From Candidatus Methylomirabilia bacterium (lineage in GTDB: Bacteria; Methylomirabilota; Methylomirabilia; Rokubacteriales; CSP1-6): a DNA stretch of 21,427 nucleotides. Positions 7,421 through 17,162 of the stretch are shown one piece after another. The position numbers were made by a program, and so were the translations under genes. Location of the stretch: NCBI GenBank assembly GCA_041492755.1, contig JBGPXN010000072.1, positions 1-21,427 of the forward strand. Direction: 5' to 3'. Each line of letters starts with the position of its first letter. Position 1 is the stretch's first letter. The notes beneath the pieces were generated by a model. It saw only the letters and a program-made list of their open reading frames with translations. It was not told the DNA's origin and searched no databases.

Positions 7421-8203
7421 ATGCCTGGTCGCCCACCCAGCATCCTCGTGCTCGACTTCGACGGTGTGCTCTGTGACGGCATGCGCGAGTACTTCGGCGC
7501 GTCGTGGCGCACCTACGAGCGCCTGTGGGGCGCGCCGTCGATGTCCGCCGACGATCTCTTCCCGCGGTTCTCGCGGTTGCGGCCGGTGGTGGAGACCGGC
7601 TGGGAAATGCCGGTGGTGCTCCGTGCGCTGATGGCGGGCAAGGCCGAGGCGGATCTGCTCCGGGGCTGGAGCGCGGCGCAACACGTCGACGCGGGCGTGA
7701 CGCGCGAGCAGCTCGGCCGGACGCTCGATCGCGTGCGCGAGGAGTGGATCGGCAGCGACCTCAACGGGTGGCTCGCGAGCCACCGATTCTATCCCGGCGT
7801 CATCGACCGCGTGCAGAAGGCCGCGAACGCCGGCGTCCACGTCGTCATCGCGACGACCAAGGAGGGCAAGTTCGCCCGCCTGCTCGTGGAGTCGGCGGGG
7901 CTCGAGCTGCCCGCGGAGCAGGTGCTCGGCAAGGAAGTGCGCCGGCCCAAGCTGCAGGTGTTGCGCGAGACGCTCGCGGAGGTGCGCGCGCGCGGTAATG
8001 CGCAACCGATCGCCTGGTTCGTGGAGGACCGGCTGGAGACGCTCCGCTCGGTCATCACCGAGCCCGATCTCGCCGACGTCGGGCTGTTCCTCGCGGCCTG
8101 GGGCTATAACCTTCCACCCGATCACGAAGCCGCGCGTGCCGACGGCCGCGTCCGCTTGCTGGGGCTGAACGACTTCGCCGCCGACTTCGCCGACTGGCCG
8201 TAA
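7421..8203 (+). CDS. HAD-superfamily hydrolase, 260 aa
   Basis: Motif I LVLDFDGVLCD, motif II IATTK, motif III/IV K...FVEDR, and LAAWGYN. The ATG sits 4 nt after the upstream stop. Confidence 0.9.
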   Translation: MPGRPPSILVLDFDGVLCDGMREYFGASWRTYERLWGAPSMSADDLFPRFSRLRPVVETGWEMPVVLRALMAGKAEADLLRGWSAAQHVDAGVTREQLGRTLDRVREEWIGSDLNGWLASHRFYPGVIDRVQKAANAGVHVVIATTKEGKFARLLVESAGLELPAEQVLGKEVRRPKLQVLRETLAEVRARGNAQPIAWFVEDRLETLRSVITEPDLADVGLFLAAWGYNLPPDHEAARADGRVRLLGLNDFAADFADWP

Positions 8204-8287
8204 ACGCAGGTTCGAATCGCGTCGGCCACTCGCCGGGACGGCGCCGTCATTCGGAGCGGTCGTTCGGCCGGCGCTCCCGTGGTGGCA

Positions 8288-11200
8288 TCAGCGCGACCGC
8301 TGGTGAGCCGATGCCGCGCGCTTCCCGTCATCGTGTTTGTCGTGATGACGGTCGTGATCACGATCGTCGTCGCGGTGATCGCCGTGACGGCGGTCGTCGT
8401 CGTCGTGGCCGCCGTAGCGGTGGTCGTCGTCACGGTCATCGCCATGCTTACCCGGTCGGGATGCCGGCTTCACCGTGAAGGTCACCGTCTCGCTATCGCG
8501 CAACCCGCCCCGATCGGTCGCACGGAAGGTGATGGTGAAGGCACCGACCTGGCTCGCCGTCGGCGTCCAGGCGAAGGCCCCGGTCCTCGGGTCGAGCGTC
8601 GCGCCGGTGGGCAGCCCGTTGGCGCCATACGTCGGCGCGTCACCGTCGCGGTCGCTGGCCTGCAGCGTGAAGCGCAGCGGCGAGCCGACCGTCACCGTCC
8701 GGGGGCCGGGCGAAGCCAGCTCGGGTGTCCGGTTCAGCTCCATGACCGGCCGGATCTGGCCGAAGAAGATCCGCACCGTGTCGTCGTGCGTGTTGACGGT
8801 GGTCAGGAGCTGCACGGCGTTGAACGGCACGGCGTAGTCGGCGCGCGTGCGCTGGTTTTGCCCGAGCTCACGCCGGCCGCACGCCGGGCCCCAGTCGGGG
8901 TCACCGACGCGGGTGCCGTCCCACACGTCGTTGAACCGCGCCCCGTCGTTGCCGGGGGCCTGGTCCAGGTAGTTGCAGCCGATCAGGCTCTCGAAGTTGC
9001 CGTTCCGCACGGTGTGGAAGCCGTGCTCGTAGTGCCGCCGCCGGTCCGTCGCGTCGTCGTTGACGAAGCTGATCTGCACGTCGACGAACTCGCGCAGGCT
9101 CTCGTCGCCATGTCCCCAGAGTTGCACGCCCACGTAGTCGACGTAGCCGTAGCCGATCTCGCGGCCACTCCCGTCGACCAGCGGCGTGCCGAGGGCACGC
9201 AGCTCGCTGCGCACGCGCTCCGGGATGGCGAGCCTGGCCGCATTGTGGGTGAGCATGACGCCCGGCACGTTGCGCTGGGCGTCGGTCAGCTTCGTGGTGC
9301 CGGGGAACTGGCCGGGCTCGCCGGCGGAGCCGTCGATGAGCTGCGTCTGCAGCTGGTCGATGCACACCCGCACCCGCGCCGGTTTGCCGCCGAGGTCGAT
9401 GTAGTACGCGCCCGGGATGGCGGGATCGCCCACGACTTCATAGGACACCGGCCGGTCGGCGTCGGGGATGCGGATGCCGAGCTGCGCGGCCGTGAACCCG
9501 TAGATCCGGAACAGCGTGCCCCGCGAGCGCGTGTGGCCCGACGCGCCGTTGGCGTCATACGGCCACAGGGCCGGGTTGAAGGGGCCGCTGATGCCATTGC
9601 GTTGCCGGATGCCGGCATCCGACGAGGTGAGCACGCGGCTGTTGCGGAAGTAGGTGATCTCGCGGAAGTCCACGAGCAGGCACGCTTCGGTCGCCTCCGT
9701 GGACCTGATCGTGATCGTGGCGGTGCCCGTCGCGGGTCCGTAGACGCCGTTGCCGGGGAAGGTGCCGACCACCTGATACGAGCCCGGATTCACCGGGGGC
9801 GTGGCCGAGCCGTTGTAGGTGAAGGTCAGCGGCGTCAGGAGCTCGCCGTTGACGCCGGTCACCGTCCCCGTGGCGGGATGTGGCTGACCGTCGAAGAAGA
9901 ACTCGCCGCCGGTCACGCTGATCGTGACCGGCGACGCCAGGATCACCAGCGAGCCGGTGCCGCTGGCCGGTCCGTAGTTGCCTCCGCCGGTGAACGTACC
10001 CACCACGGGATAGGCTCCGGGGTTCACGGGCGCGGCCGGCGAGCCGTTGTAGGTGAACGTGAGACCCGACAGCACCTCGCCGCTCACCCCGATCACGGTG
10101 CCGGTCGCCCCGCGCGGCAGCCCGGTGTACGGGTAGGTCGCGTTGTCGATCACCACCAGCGGCGTGGCGGGCGTGAGGGTGATGGTCCCGCTCGCGGTGG
10201 CCGCGTTGTAGTTGCCGTTGCCGCCGAACGTCCCGACCACGGCGTAGGTCCCGACCGTGTGCTGGGGCGGGACCGGAGAGCCATTATAGGTGAAGGTCGG
10301 AGTGCCGAGACTCTCGCCGCCGACTCCGACGACCGCGCCGCTGGCCGGATGTGCATTGCCGTCGTAGACCGCGGAGAAGCTCGCAACGCTCACCGTCGCC
10401 AGCGCCCTGTTGATGGTGATCGTCGTCTGCGCGGACGCGGGCTGGTACTGGAGGCTGCCCGGGAACGACGCCACCACCGCGTAGACGCCGGCGTTCACGG
10501 GCGGGGTGGTCGATCCGTTGTAGGTGATGACGACGGCAAGGGGCTCACCGTTCGGGCCCGTGGCGGAGGCGATGGCAGGATGCGCCATGCGGTCGTACGT
10601 GTACGTGCCGCCGGTGACCGTCACCGTGGGCTGCGGGGTCGTGCTGGGAATGATCGTGATGGTGGCCGTCGCCGAGGCCGAGCGGTAGGCCGCGTTGCCG
10701 GGGAAGCTGGCGACGGCCGTGTACGTCCCGGGGTTGACGGGCACCGTGACCGGAGCAGCGTTCTGATCGGTATACGCGATCGTCACCGGCGACAGCAGCT
10801 CGCCCTGCGCGCCCAGCGCCGTCGCGGTCGCCGGATGCGGGGCGGAATCGAACACGAACACGCCGCCCGTGACGTCGATGGTCGGGCGTGGCAGGTAGAC
10901 CGGGATGTCGACGAAATCCGGCGGCGTGGGGCCGCCCCCGCAGAGGGCGGAGGTGCGCGTGGCCGACGGCGTGATCGGACCGACGTACAGGTCGCCGATG
11001 CACAGACGCATGTCGATGACCACGGCGCTGCCGCCACCGCTGGCGTTGAGGTGCCCTTTGTTCGTGTCGGGCACTCCGGCCGTCAGCCCGCCTCCGGTGA
11101 TCTGGCCGTTGTACGAGCGAACGACGATGCTTCCGCGTCCGTCCGGAATCGACAGGCCGCCGACGGCGCGCACAGAGCTGTCTGCGAGGTCGACGTTGGA

Positions 11201-12529
11201 TCGCACGTCGGCCGCCTGGAGCAGGCTGGCGGGCTGCGTCACGGGGCCGGCCGCCTCGAGCGTGATCTTGCCGCCGACCCCGTTCCCGAACTCCGCATTC
11301 GCGGCGTCGGCGTTGAACGCGCGCCCCTGGCTGGTGATCTTTCCATTGAGTGATTTGACGTCGATGAATCCCCCCTTCGCGCTGGAGGCGAGCTGCCGGG
11401 CGGAGACCGCATAGGCGGAGCGACTGACGGTGGCCTTGCCGTCGACGGTGATGTCGCCCTTGGCGAACAGGTCGACCCAGCTGCAGCAGACGCCCTGGAA
11501 CCCCATGAGGCCCGAGCCGGTCTCAGCCATCACCGAACCGTTGTTGGGGGACAGATTCCTGATCGCGAGCTTGCCGCCCGACCACACCTCGACGCAGGCG
11601 GTGGCGTCGGCGGGCTTGCCGGGCCGGAACGGCCCGGTGCAGCGGTTGGGCAGCCCGTCCGGGACGATGCCTCCGATCGACTCCACGCGCCCGAGGATCT
11701 CCGTGTCGCAGCCGCTCTCGAGATGGACGAGATCCGAGCCGGGCTCCAGCCCTCGGCTGCTCACGCGGCCGTTGATGTCGATGGTCAGCTTGCACGCGGC
11801 CGCGATGGTGATGGGGCCGCCCCGCGGCCGGGTGGTGCCGCCGACCACCGAATTTCCGCTGGCGGCTTCGACCACGCCGTCCACCCGGACGTCGCCGTCG
11901 TCGCTGACGATGGAGATCTCACCGGCCGGACACTGCCCCGACGCTTCGATGCGGGCGCCGTTCTGGAGCGTGACGTGACCGCGGGTCGAACCGATCACGA
12001 TGGTGCCGGCCTTGCCGCTGCCCGAGCACCCCGTTGGATCGGAGTTGGCGGAGACGATGGCTCCGCTCGTGCCGTTGCCTTGCAGGACGACGTCGCCGGT
12101 GGCGGCGATGGTGAGCGTGGCGGCGATGCCACCGGGGTTGGGGCCAAACGCGTCGGCGTCGCCGACGATCGCGGCCGCGCCCGCCGTCGCGGGCACCTCG
12201 ATGGTCAGGGCGCCATTGACGTTCAGCGTCAGGGAGTTTCCCGCCGGCAGCGGGGGAACGACGATCCGGCCGGTGGCGGTGATGCGGAGCGCCGTGGCCA
12301 CGTTGTAGGCGCCACTCGCGCTCACCGGGGCGGCCACCTGACACTCGACGCTCTCGCCCGACCCGACCACCACGCCGCCGAGCGAGGCGCAGTCGTCCGC
12401 CTGCGCGCTGGCCGCCGTCGCCAGCATGATGGCGAAGGCGAGCGCGAGCGCAAGGGGAAGTAAGAGAGCGGCGGCGCGTGGGCGGTGCGCGCTCGTCCGG
12501 CGGTCCTCGATCACTGTTCCTGCTGACAC
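8288..12529 (-). CDS. Large secreted/surface protein (~1413 aa): signal peptide, beta-helix-like G/S/T-rich region, five MBG-like repeats, unknown domain, putative Ig (He_PIG) domain, Asp/His-rich tail
   Basis: GAGGAG SD plus GTG at 12529. Signal LLLPLALALAFAIMLATAASAQA. Repeats with TYNGS..PVN.G.Y.V...F.G...Y. Ig motif LQASDRDGDAPTYGANGLPTGATLDPRTGAFAWTP. Confidence 0.88.
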   Translation of the reverse strand: MSAGTVIEDRRTSAHRPRAAALLLPLALALAFAIMLATAASAQADDCASLGGVVVGSGESVECQVAAPVSASGAYNVATALRITATGRIVVPPLPAGNSLTLNVNGALTIEVPATAGAAAIVGDADAFGPNPGGIAATLTIAATGDVVLQGNGTSGAIVSANSDPTGCSGSGKAGTIVIGSTRGHVTLQNGARIEASGQCPAGEISIVSDDGDVRVDGVVEAASGNSVVGGTTRPRGGPITIAAACKLTIDINGRVSSRGLEPGSDLVHLESGCDTEILGRVESIGGIVPDGLPNRCTGPFRPGKPADATACVEVWSGGKLAIRNLSPNNGSVMAETGSGLMGFQGVCCSWVDLFAKGDITVDGKATVSRSAYAVSARQLASSAKGGFIDVKSLNGKITSQGRAFNADAANAEFGNGVGGKITLEAAGPVTQPASLLQAADVRSNVDLADSSVRAVGGLSIPDGRGSIVVRSYNGQITGGGLTAGVPDTNKGHLNASGGGSAVVIDMRLCIGDLYVGPITPSATRTSALCGGGPTPPDFVDIPVYLPRPTIDVTGGVFVFDSAPHPATATALGAQGELLSPVTIAYTDQNAAPVTVPVNPGTYTAVASFPGNAAYRSASATATITIIPSTTPQPTVTVTGGTYTYDRMAHPAIASATGPNGEPLAVVITYNGSTTPPVNAGVYAVVASFPGSLQYQPASAQTTITINRALATVSVASFSAVYDGNAHPASGAVVGVGGESLGTPTFTYNGSPVPPQHTVGTYAVVGTFGGNGNYNAATASGTITLTPATPLVVIDNATYPYTGLPRGATGTVIGVSGEVLSGLTFTYNGSPAAPVNPGAYPVVGTFTGGGNYGPASGTGSLVILASPVTISVTGGEFFFDGQPHPATGTVTGVNGELLTPLTFTYNGSATPPVNPGSYQVVGTFPGNGVYGPATGTATITIRSTEATEACLLVDFREITYFRNSRVLTSSDAGIRQRNGISGPFNPALWPYDANGASGHTRSRGTLFRIYGFTAAQLGIRIPDADRPVSYEVVGDPAIPGAYYIDLGGKPARVRVCIDQLQTQLIDGSAGEPGQFPGTTKLTDAQRNVPGVMLTHNAARLAIPERVRSELRALGTPLVDGSGREIGYGYVDYVGVQLWGHGDESLREFVDVQISFVNDDATDRRRHYEHGFHTVRNGNFESLIGCNYLDQAPGNDGARFNDVWDGTRVGDPDWGPACGRRELGQNQRTRADYAVPFNAVQLLTTVNTHDDTVRIFFGQIRPVMELNRTPELASPGPRTVTVGSPLRFTLQASDRDGDAPTYGANGLPTGATLDPRTGAFAWTPTASQVGAFTITFRATDRGGLRDSETVTFTVKPASRPGKHGDDRDDDHRYGGHDDDDRRHGDHRDDDRDHDRHHDKHDDGKRAASAHQRSR
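9704..10888 (-). repeat. Five tandem ~78-aa MBG-like domain repeats within the surface protein
   Basis: Units begin RPTIDVTGG, QPTVTVTGG, ALATVSVAS, ATPLVVIDN and SPVTISVTGG, sharing (Y/F)DG..HPA and PVNPG.Y-type motifs. Confidence 0.85.
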
Positions 12530-12575
12530 CCCTGGCTCCTCGCGTTCGTCATTCGTGTAGCCGGCGTCTGCAAGG

Positions 12576-12590
12576 GCACGATCCGTACCA
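12576..12590 (-). promoter_or_regulatory. Candidate sigma54 (-24/-12) promoter
   Basis: TGGTACG-GATC-GTGC has GG-N10-GC spacing, is close to consensus TGGCACG-N4-TTGC, and lies 46 nt upstream of the start codon. Confidence 0.55.
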
Positions 12591-12801
12591 CTCCGGAAGA
12601 CACGGAAAAACGCGGGGTTTATCGACAGCGGAGCGGAGAAAGCTGGCGCGGGTTCCCGGACTCTGGCGCCGGCGCCAGAGCGCGGGCCCCGGGTCGAGGA
12701 CGGGCGCCGGCGGGCATCAGCGCGCCGGAGGAACGAGGAGCACCCCGGCTTCGCCGCGGCGCGGCCGAGCCTGGGGGGCCGTAGCGCGCCCCCCACGTAC
12801 G

Positions 12802-13047
12802 TCAGCGGGCCATCGTCACGCCGAGGGCAACGAGCCCGGCCGCGGCGAGCGCGGCGCCGGCGACACGGCGCGCGCCGAATGGCTCGCCGAGCAGCCGCCA
12901 TCCAACCACCGCGGCCAGGACGACGGACACTTCACGGAGCGCCGCGACGTACGTCACCTGCGTCAGCCGCATCGCGACGAGCACGAGCATCAAATTCCAG
13001 CCGACGTGCATGACGGCGGCGGTGAGGATCAGCGCGACGGGCAGCAT
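12802..13047 (-). pseudogene. EamA/DMT transporter remnant with an in-frame internal deletion (81 aa)
   Basis: MLPVALILTAAVMHVGWNL (typical first helix) fused to MLVLVAMRLTQVTYVAALREVSVVLAAVVGWRLLGEPFGARRVAGAALAAAG (typical last helices). Confidence 0.72.
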
Positions 13048-13094
13048 GCGCGACGGGGCGGGAGCGACGCGGAGCGCCGCGACTAGCACGGATT

Positions 13095-13289
13095 ATTCAT
13101 GAACGCGCACTCCGCGCGAGGCGGCGGGTCCTGTCACCGGGGTGGCCTGGGCCGGTCAGCCTCCGTCACCCACTCGCCTCAACCGCCGCTCTGCGAGCGG
13201 CGGAGAGGCTCCGGGGGTCCCACTCCGGCTGACCGGCCCAGCCCGCGGCGACAGGACCCGCCCGGCTCACGCGTGGTTCGCTCGTGAAT
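13095..13289. repeat. ~195-bp imperfect rod-like palindrome (MITE-like element or structured RNA)
   Basis: Perfect arms 13123-13135/13250-13262 (13 bp), 13147-13161/13227-13241 (15 bp) and 13183-13191/13195-13203 (9 bp). Outer attcatga/tcgtgaat. Confidence 0.8.
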
Positions 13290-13297
13290 GGTCCAGG

Positions 13298-13770
<473 letters not shown>

Positions 13771-13774
<4 letters not shown>

Positions 13775-14646
13775 CGTGGCCCGCCGTGGCCCGTCGCGCG
13801 CGCGACCGCGTCGGTGAGCGCGCGCGCCACCAGGGTGACCGCGACTCGTCGCCGGTAGCGTGCCGACGCGTGCAGATCGTCGGCGGGATCGATCGCGCCG
13901 GCGACGGTCTGCGCGGCTTCCGTCAGGCGTGCCGGCGCGGGCGATTGCCCGACGAGCGCGCGCTCGGTCGCCGCCGCGCGGACCGGCGTCGGCCCCGCCG
14001 CGAAGACGGCGATGGCCGTCCGTTCGACGATGCCGCCGGCGAGACGGACGAGCGCGACCGCCCCGACCAGCGCGAAGTCGCCGTGGCGGCGCGCGACCTC
14101 GTGGAAGCCCCAGCCGGTGCCGGGCGCCGGCACGGGCCAGCGTGTCTCGGTCACGAGCTCGTCGGCGGCGAGCGCGGTCGCCAGCGGCCCCTGGAAGAAG
14201 TCGCGGGCGGCGATGACGCGTTCGCCCCGCGTGCTGCGCGCGACCACGCTGCCGTCCAGCGCCAGCAGGACCGCCGGCAGCTCGGCGGCGGGATCCGCAT
14301 GGGCGATGCTGCCGGCGATGGTGCCGCGATGGCGAATGGCGTCGTGACCGACCAGCTTGAGCGCGGCGGCGAGGAGGGGCAGGCGCGTCCGCGCCGAGCG
14401 CTCCACCGCGTGCTGGCGGGCGAGCGCGCCCAACCGCAGCTCGGCGCCGTCGTCGCTCGAGCCGTCGAGCTCCGTTACCCGGTTCACGTCGATGACCGCG
14501 CGGGGGCGGGCCAGACGCAGATTGAGCATCGGCATCAAGCTCTGGCCGCCGGCCAGCACCTTGCCGTCGTCGCCGTACCGGCGCAGGTGCTGGAGTGTTT
14601 CGTCGACCGTGCGCGGGTCGACGTACTCGAAGGGCGCCGGCTTCAT
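13771..14646 (-). CDS. FAD-binding medium subunit of a molybdenum hydroxylase (CoxM/CutM-like), 291 aa
   Basis: MKPAPFEY, LAGGQSLMPMLNLRLARP, IRHRGTIAGSIAHADPAAELP, DDLHASARYRR. ATG at 14646 overlaps the large-subunit stop. Confidence 0.95.
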
Positions 14647-16985
14647 GCGCCGGCGCTCTCGAGCAGCGCCAGGATGCGCGCCGGGCTCGCCGGCGTCTCG
14701 CGCACGCGGACGCGGAACGGCGCCAGCGCGTCGTCGATCGCGTTGGTGATCGCGGCCGGTGGGGAGATCGCGCCGCCTTCGCCGAGGCCCTTGGCGCCGA
14801 GGGGATTGCGGGGCGACGGGTACTCGAGGTGGACGGTCTCGATCGCGGGGAGATCGGTCGCGGTCGGGACCAGATAGTCCATCAACGTGCCGGTCAGGAG
14901 CTGGCCGTTCTCGTCGTAGACCATGTCCTCGAAGAGCGCGCCGCCGACGCCCTGCGCGACGCCACCGTGGACCTGGCCTTCGACGATGAGCGGGTTGATG
15001 ACCTTCCCGCAGTCGTGGGCCACGACGTAGCGGAGCAGACGAACGAGCCCGGTGCCCACGTCGACTTCGACGTGGGCCACGTGCACGGCGCTGGCGTAGG
15101 TGACGGTCGGGACGTGATGGTAGGCGCTGGCCTCGAAGTCCGGCGGCGCCACCCCTGGTTTGGCGAACGTCGGTAGCGACGCCTGGACGACGCGCGCGAG
15201 CGGCACCGCTGACGCGGGGGCCCCGCGTACCAGCGCCTGGCCGTCCTCGATGTCGACGTCGCCGGGTGCCGCTTCGAGCAGGGCGGCGGCCGCGCGCACG
15301 AGCTTCTCCCGCACCCGGCCGGCGGCATCGAAGATGGAGCTGCCCGCGGTGACGGCGCTCCGGCTCGCGAACGTGCCGACGCCGAACGGGACGGCGGCGG
15401 TGTCTCCGCCGATCACCGTGACCCAGTCGATCGGCACCCCCAGCACGTCGGCCGCGACCTGCGCGAAGCTCGTCTCGTGGCCCTGACCCGAGCTCACGGC
15501 GCCGGTCGCCACGACCACGTGGCCGCTCGCGTCGATCTTCACCGTCGCGCCCTCGTAGGGGCCGATGGCGGTGCCCTCGACGTAGCCCGAGATGCCGATC
15601 CCGCGATAGATGCCCTGCTCGCGGAGCCGCGGCTGCTCGGCGCGGAACGCGGTGTAGCCGGCCGCGTCCAGGGCCGCCTCCAGCACGGCCGGAAAGTCGC
15701 CGGTGTCGTACACGAGGGGATTGCCGTCGCGATACGGCATGGCGATCTCGTACGGCAGCTCGTCGGCGCGGATGTAGTTCCGGCGCCGCACGTCGGCGGG
15801 ATCGAGACCGAGCTCGCGGGCCAGGCAGTCGACGGCGCGGTCCATCGCGAACACGGTCTCGGGCCGCCCGGCCCCGCGATAGGGCGCGTTCGGCGTCTTG
15901 TTCGTGACCACCGCCTCCACCTCCACCGCCAGGTGACGGACGCGGTGCGGTCCGAGCAGGTGGGCGACCGTGTTGTACGGCAGCACGATACCCCACACGT
16001 TGTAGGCACCGAGGTCCAGCCGGATGCGATCGTGCACCGCGAGCATGGTGCCGTCGCGCCGGGCGGCAATGGCGATGTCGTGGATCTGGTGGCGCGCGTG
16101 GGCGGACGCCATCATGTGCTCGCGCCGGTCCTCCACCCATTTCACCGGACGGTTCAGCGCGCGGGCGGCGAGCGGGACGAGCACGTCCTCGGGGTACCCG
16201 GAGGCCTTCGTCCCGAAGCCCCCGCCGAGGTCCGGGGCGATCACGCGGATCTTGTGCGGCGGCAGCTCCAGCACGGCGGCCAGGCCCTGCTGCACGAAGT
16301 GCGGGACCTGCGTGCTGTTCCAGGTGGTGAGGCTGGCATCTCTGCGGTCCCAGGACGCCACCACGCCGCGCGTCTCGATCGGCATGCCGACGTAGCGCTG
16401 GATGCGGAACGTGTCCCGCATCACCACGTCCGCGGACTTCATGACGCCCTCGGGATCGCCGAAGGCGTGGCGAAAGGCGACGCCGACGTTGGTGGTCCAG
16501 GCCTCGTGCACGAGCGGCGCGCCCGGCGCGGTGGCGGTCTCGACGTTCACCACGGCTGGCAGCGGCTCCCACTCAACCTCGATGCGCTCGGCCCCGTCTT
16601 CGGCGCGCGCGCGCGTGTCCGCGACGACCATCGCGACCACTTCGCCGACGTGGCGGACGCGCTCGCGGCAGAGCGGGTACTGAGGGGCCTGGCGGAGATC
16701 GAAGTGGATGGCGGCGGCAAGGCCGGGCGGGGGAGCGCCGAAGAGCGGGAGCGGCTTCATCCAGCGCTCGAGGTCGACGAAGGTGAAGACGCGCGCCACC
16801 CCGGGCATGGCGGCGGCGGCCTCGGTGCGGACGCTGACGATGCGCGCGTGGGCGTGGGGCGAGCGCAGGAAGGCGCAGTGGAGGAGGCCGGGCAGCTTGA
16901 CGTCGTCGAGGAACCGGCCGTCGCCGCGGAGGAAGCGCGGGTCTTCTCGACGCTTGACGGCGGCACCGAAGTATCGGGCGCCCAT
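14643..16985 (-). CDS. Xanthine dehydrogenase family molybdopterin-binding large subunit (CoxL/CutL-like), 780 aa
   Basis: RREDPRFLRGDGRFLDD, LGGGFGTK, PYRGAGRPE, SGQGHET, GTFASRS, VINPLIVEGQVHGGVAQG, KGLGEGG. Confidence 0.96.
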   Translation of the reverse strand: MGARYFGAAVKRREDPRFLRGDGRFLDDVKLPGLLHCAFLRSPHAHARIVSVRTEAAAAMPGVARVFTFVDLERWMKPLPLFGAPPPGLAAAIHFDLRQAPQYPLCRERVRHVGEVVAMVVADTRARAEDGAERIEVEWEPLPAVVNVETATAPGAPLVHEAWTTNVGVAFRHAFGDPEGVMKSADVVMRDTFRIQRYVGMPIETRGVVASWDRRDASLTTWNSTQVPHFVQQGLAAVLELPPHKIRVIAPDLGGGFGTKASGYPEDVLVPLAARALNRPVKWVEDRREHMMASAHARHQIHDIAIAARRDGTMLAVHDRIRLDLGAYNVWGIVLPYNTVAHLLGPHRVRHLAVEVEAVVTNKTPNAPYRGAGRPETVFAMDRAVDCLARELGLDPADVRRRNYIRADELPYEIAMPYRDGNPLVYDTGDFPAVLEAALDAAGYTAFRAEQPRLREQGIYRGIGISGYVEGTAIGPYEGATVKIDASGHVVVATGAVSSGQGHETSFAQVAADVLGVPIDWVTVIGGDTAAVPFGVGTFASRSAVTAGSSIFDAAGRVREKLVRAAAALLEAAPGDVDIEDGQALVRGAPASAVPLARVVQASLPTFAKPGVAPPDFEASAYHHVPTVTYASAVHVAHVEVDVGTGLVRLLRYVVAHDCGKVINPLIVEGQVHGGVAQGVGGALFEDMVYDENGQLLTGTLMDYLVPTATDLPAIETVHLEYPSPRNPLGAKGLGEGGAISPPAAITNAIDDALAPFRVRVRETPASPARILALLESAGA

Positions 16986-17000
16986 ACCGTCGCCGGGCGC

Positions 17001-17162
17001 TCAGTTCTTCTTGTCGACCTTGGCGACGGGGAGGAGCCAGTCGAGCCAGGGCGCGGCGACGACCATGAACAGGCCGGGGATCGCCACCCCCGCGATCATG
17101 CCGACGATGCCGAGGAAGATCAGCGCCACCAGGTTGGTGCTGACGTCGAAGAGAACGCTCAT
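17001..17162 (-). CDS. Small membrane protein, 53 aa
   Basis: GGAGG SD plus ATG overlapping the upstream stop (ATGA). MSVLFDVSTNLVALIFLGIVGMIAGVAIPGLFMVVAAPWLDWLLPVAKVDKKN. High GC3. Confidence 0.75.
   Translation of the reverse strand: MSVLFDVSTNLVALIFLGIVGMIAGVAIPGLFMVVAAPWLDWLLPVAKVDKKN

Noticed and set aside
8279..11353. 1024-aa + strand ORF
   Set aside because: Antisense shadow of the surface protein, with R/G/V-rich non-protein-like composition.
12530..12901. N-terminal extension of the 1537-aa ORF
   Set aside because: It overlaps the EamA remnant and the promoter. The SD and signal peptide support a start at 12529.
14647..16572. Apparent 933-aa CoxM fusion
   Set aside because: The upstream part is an alternative frame of the large subunit. 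The real start is MKPAPFEY at 14646 with an ATGA overlap.
14643..16985. True aerobic CO dehydrogenase (coxL form I)
   Set aside because: It lacks the AYXCSFR motif, M-S-L order and coxDEFG accessory genes, so no gene symbol was assigned.
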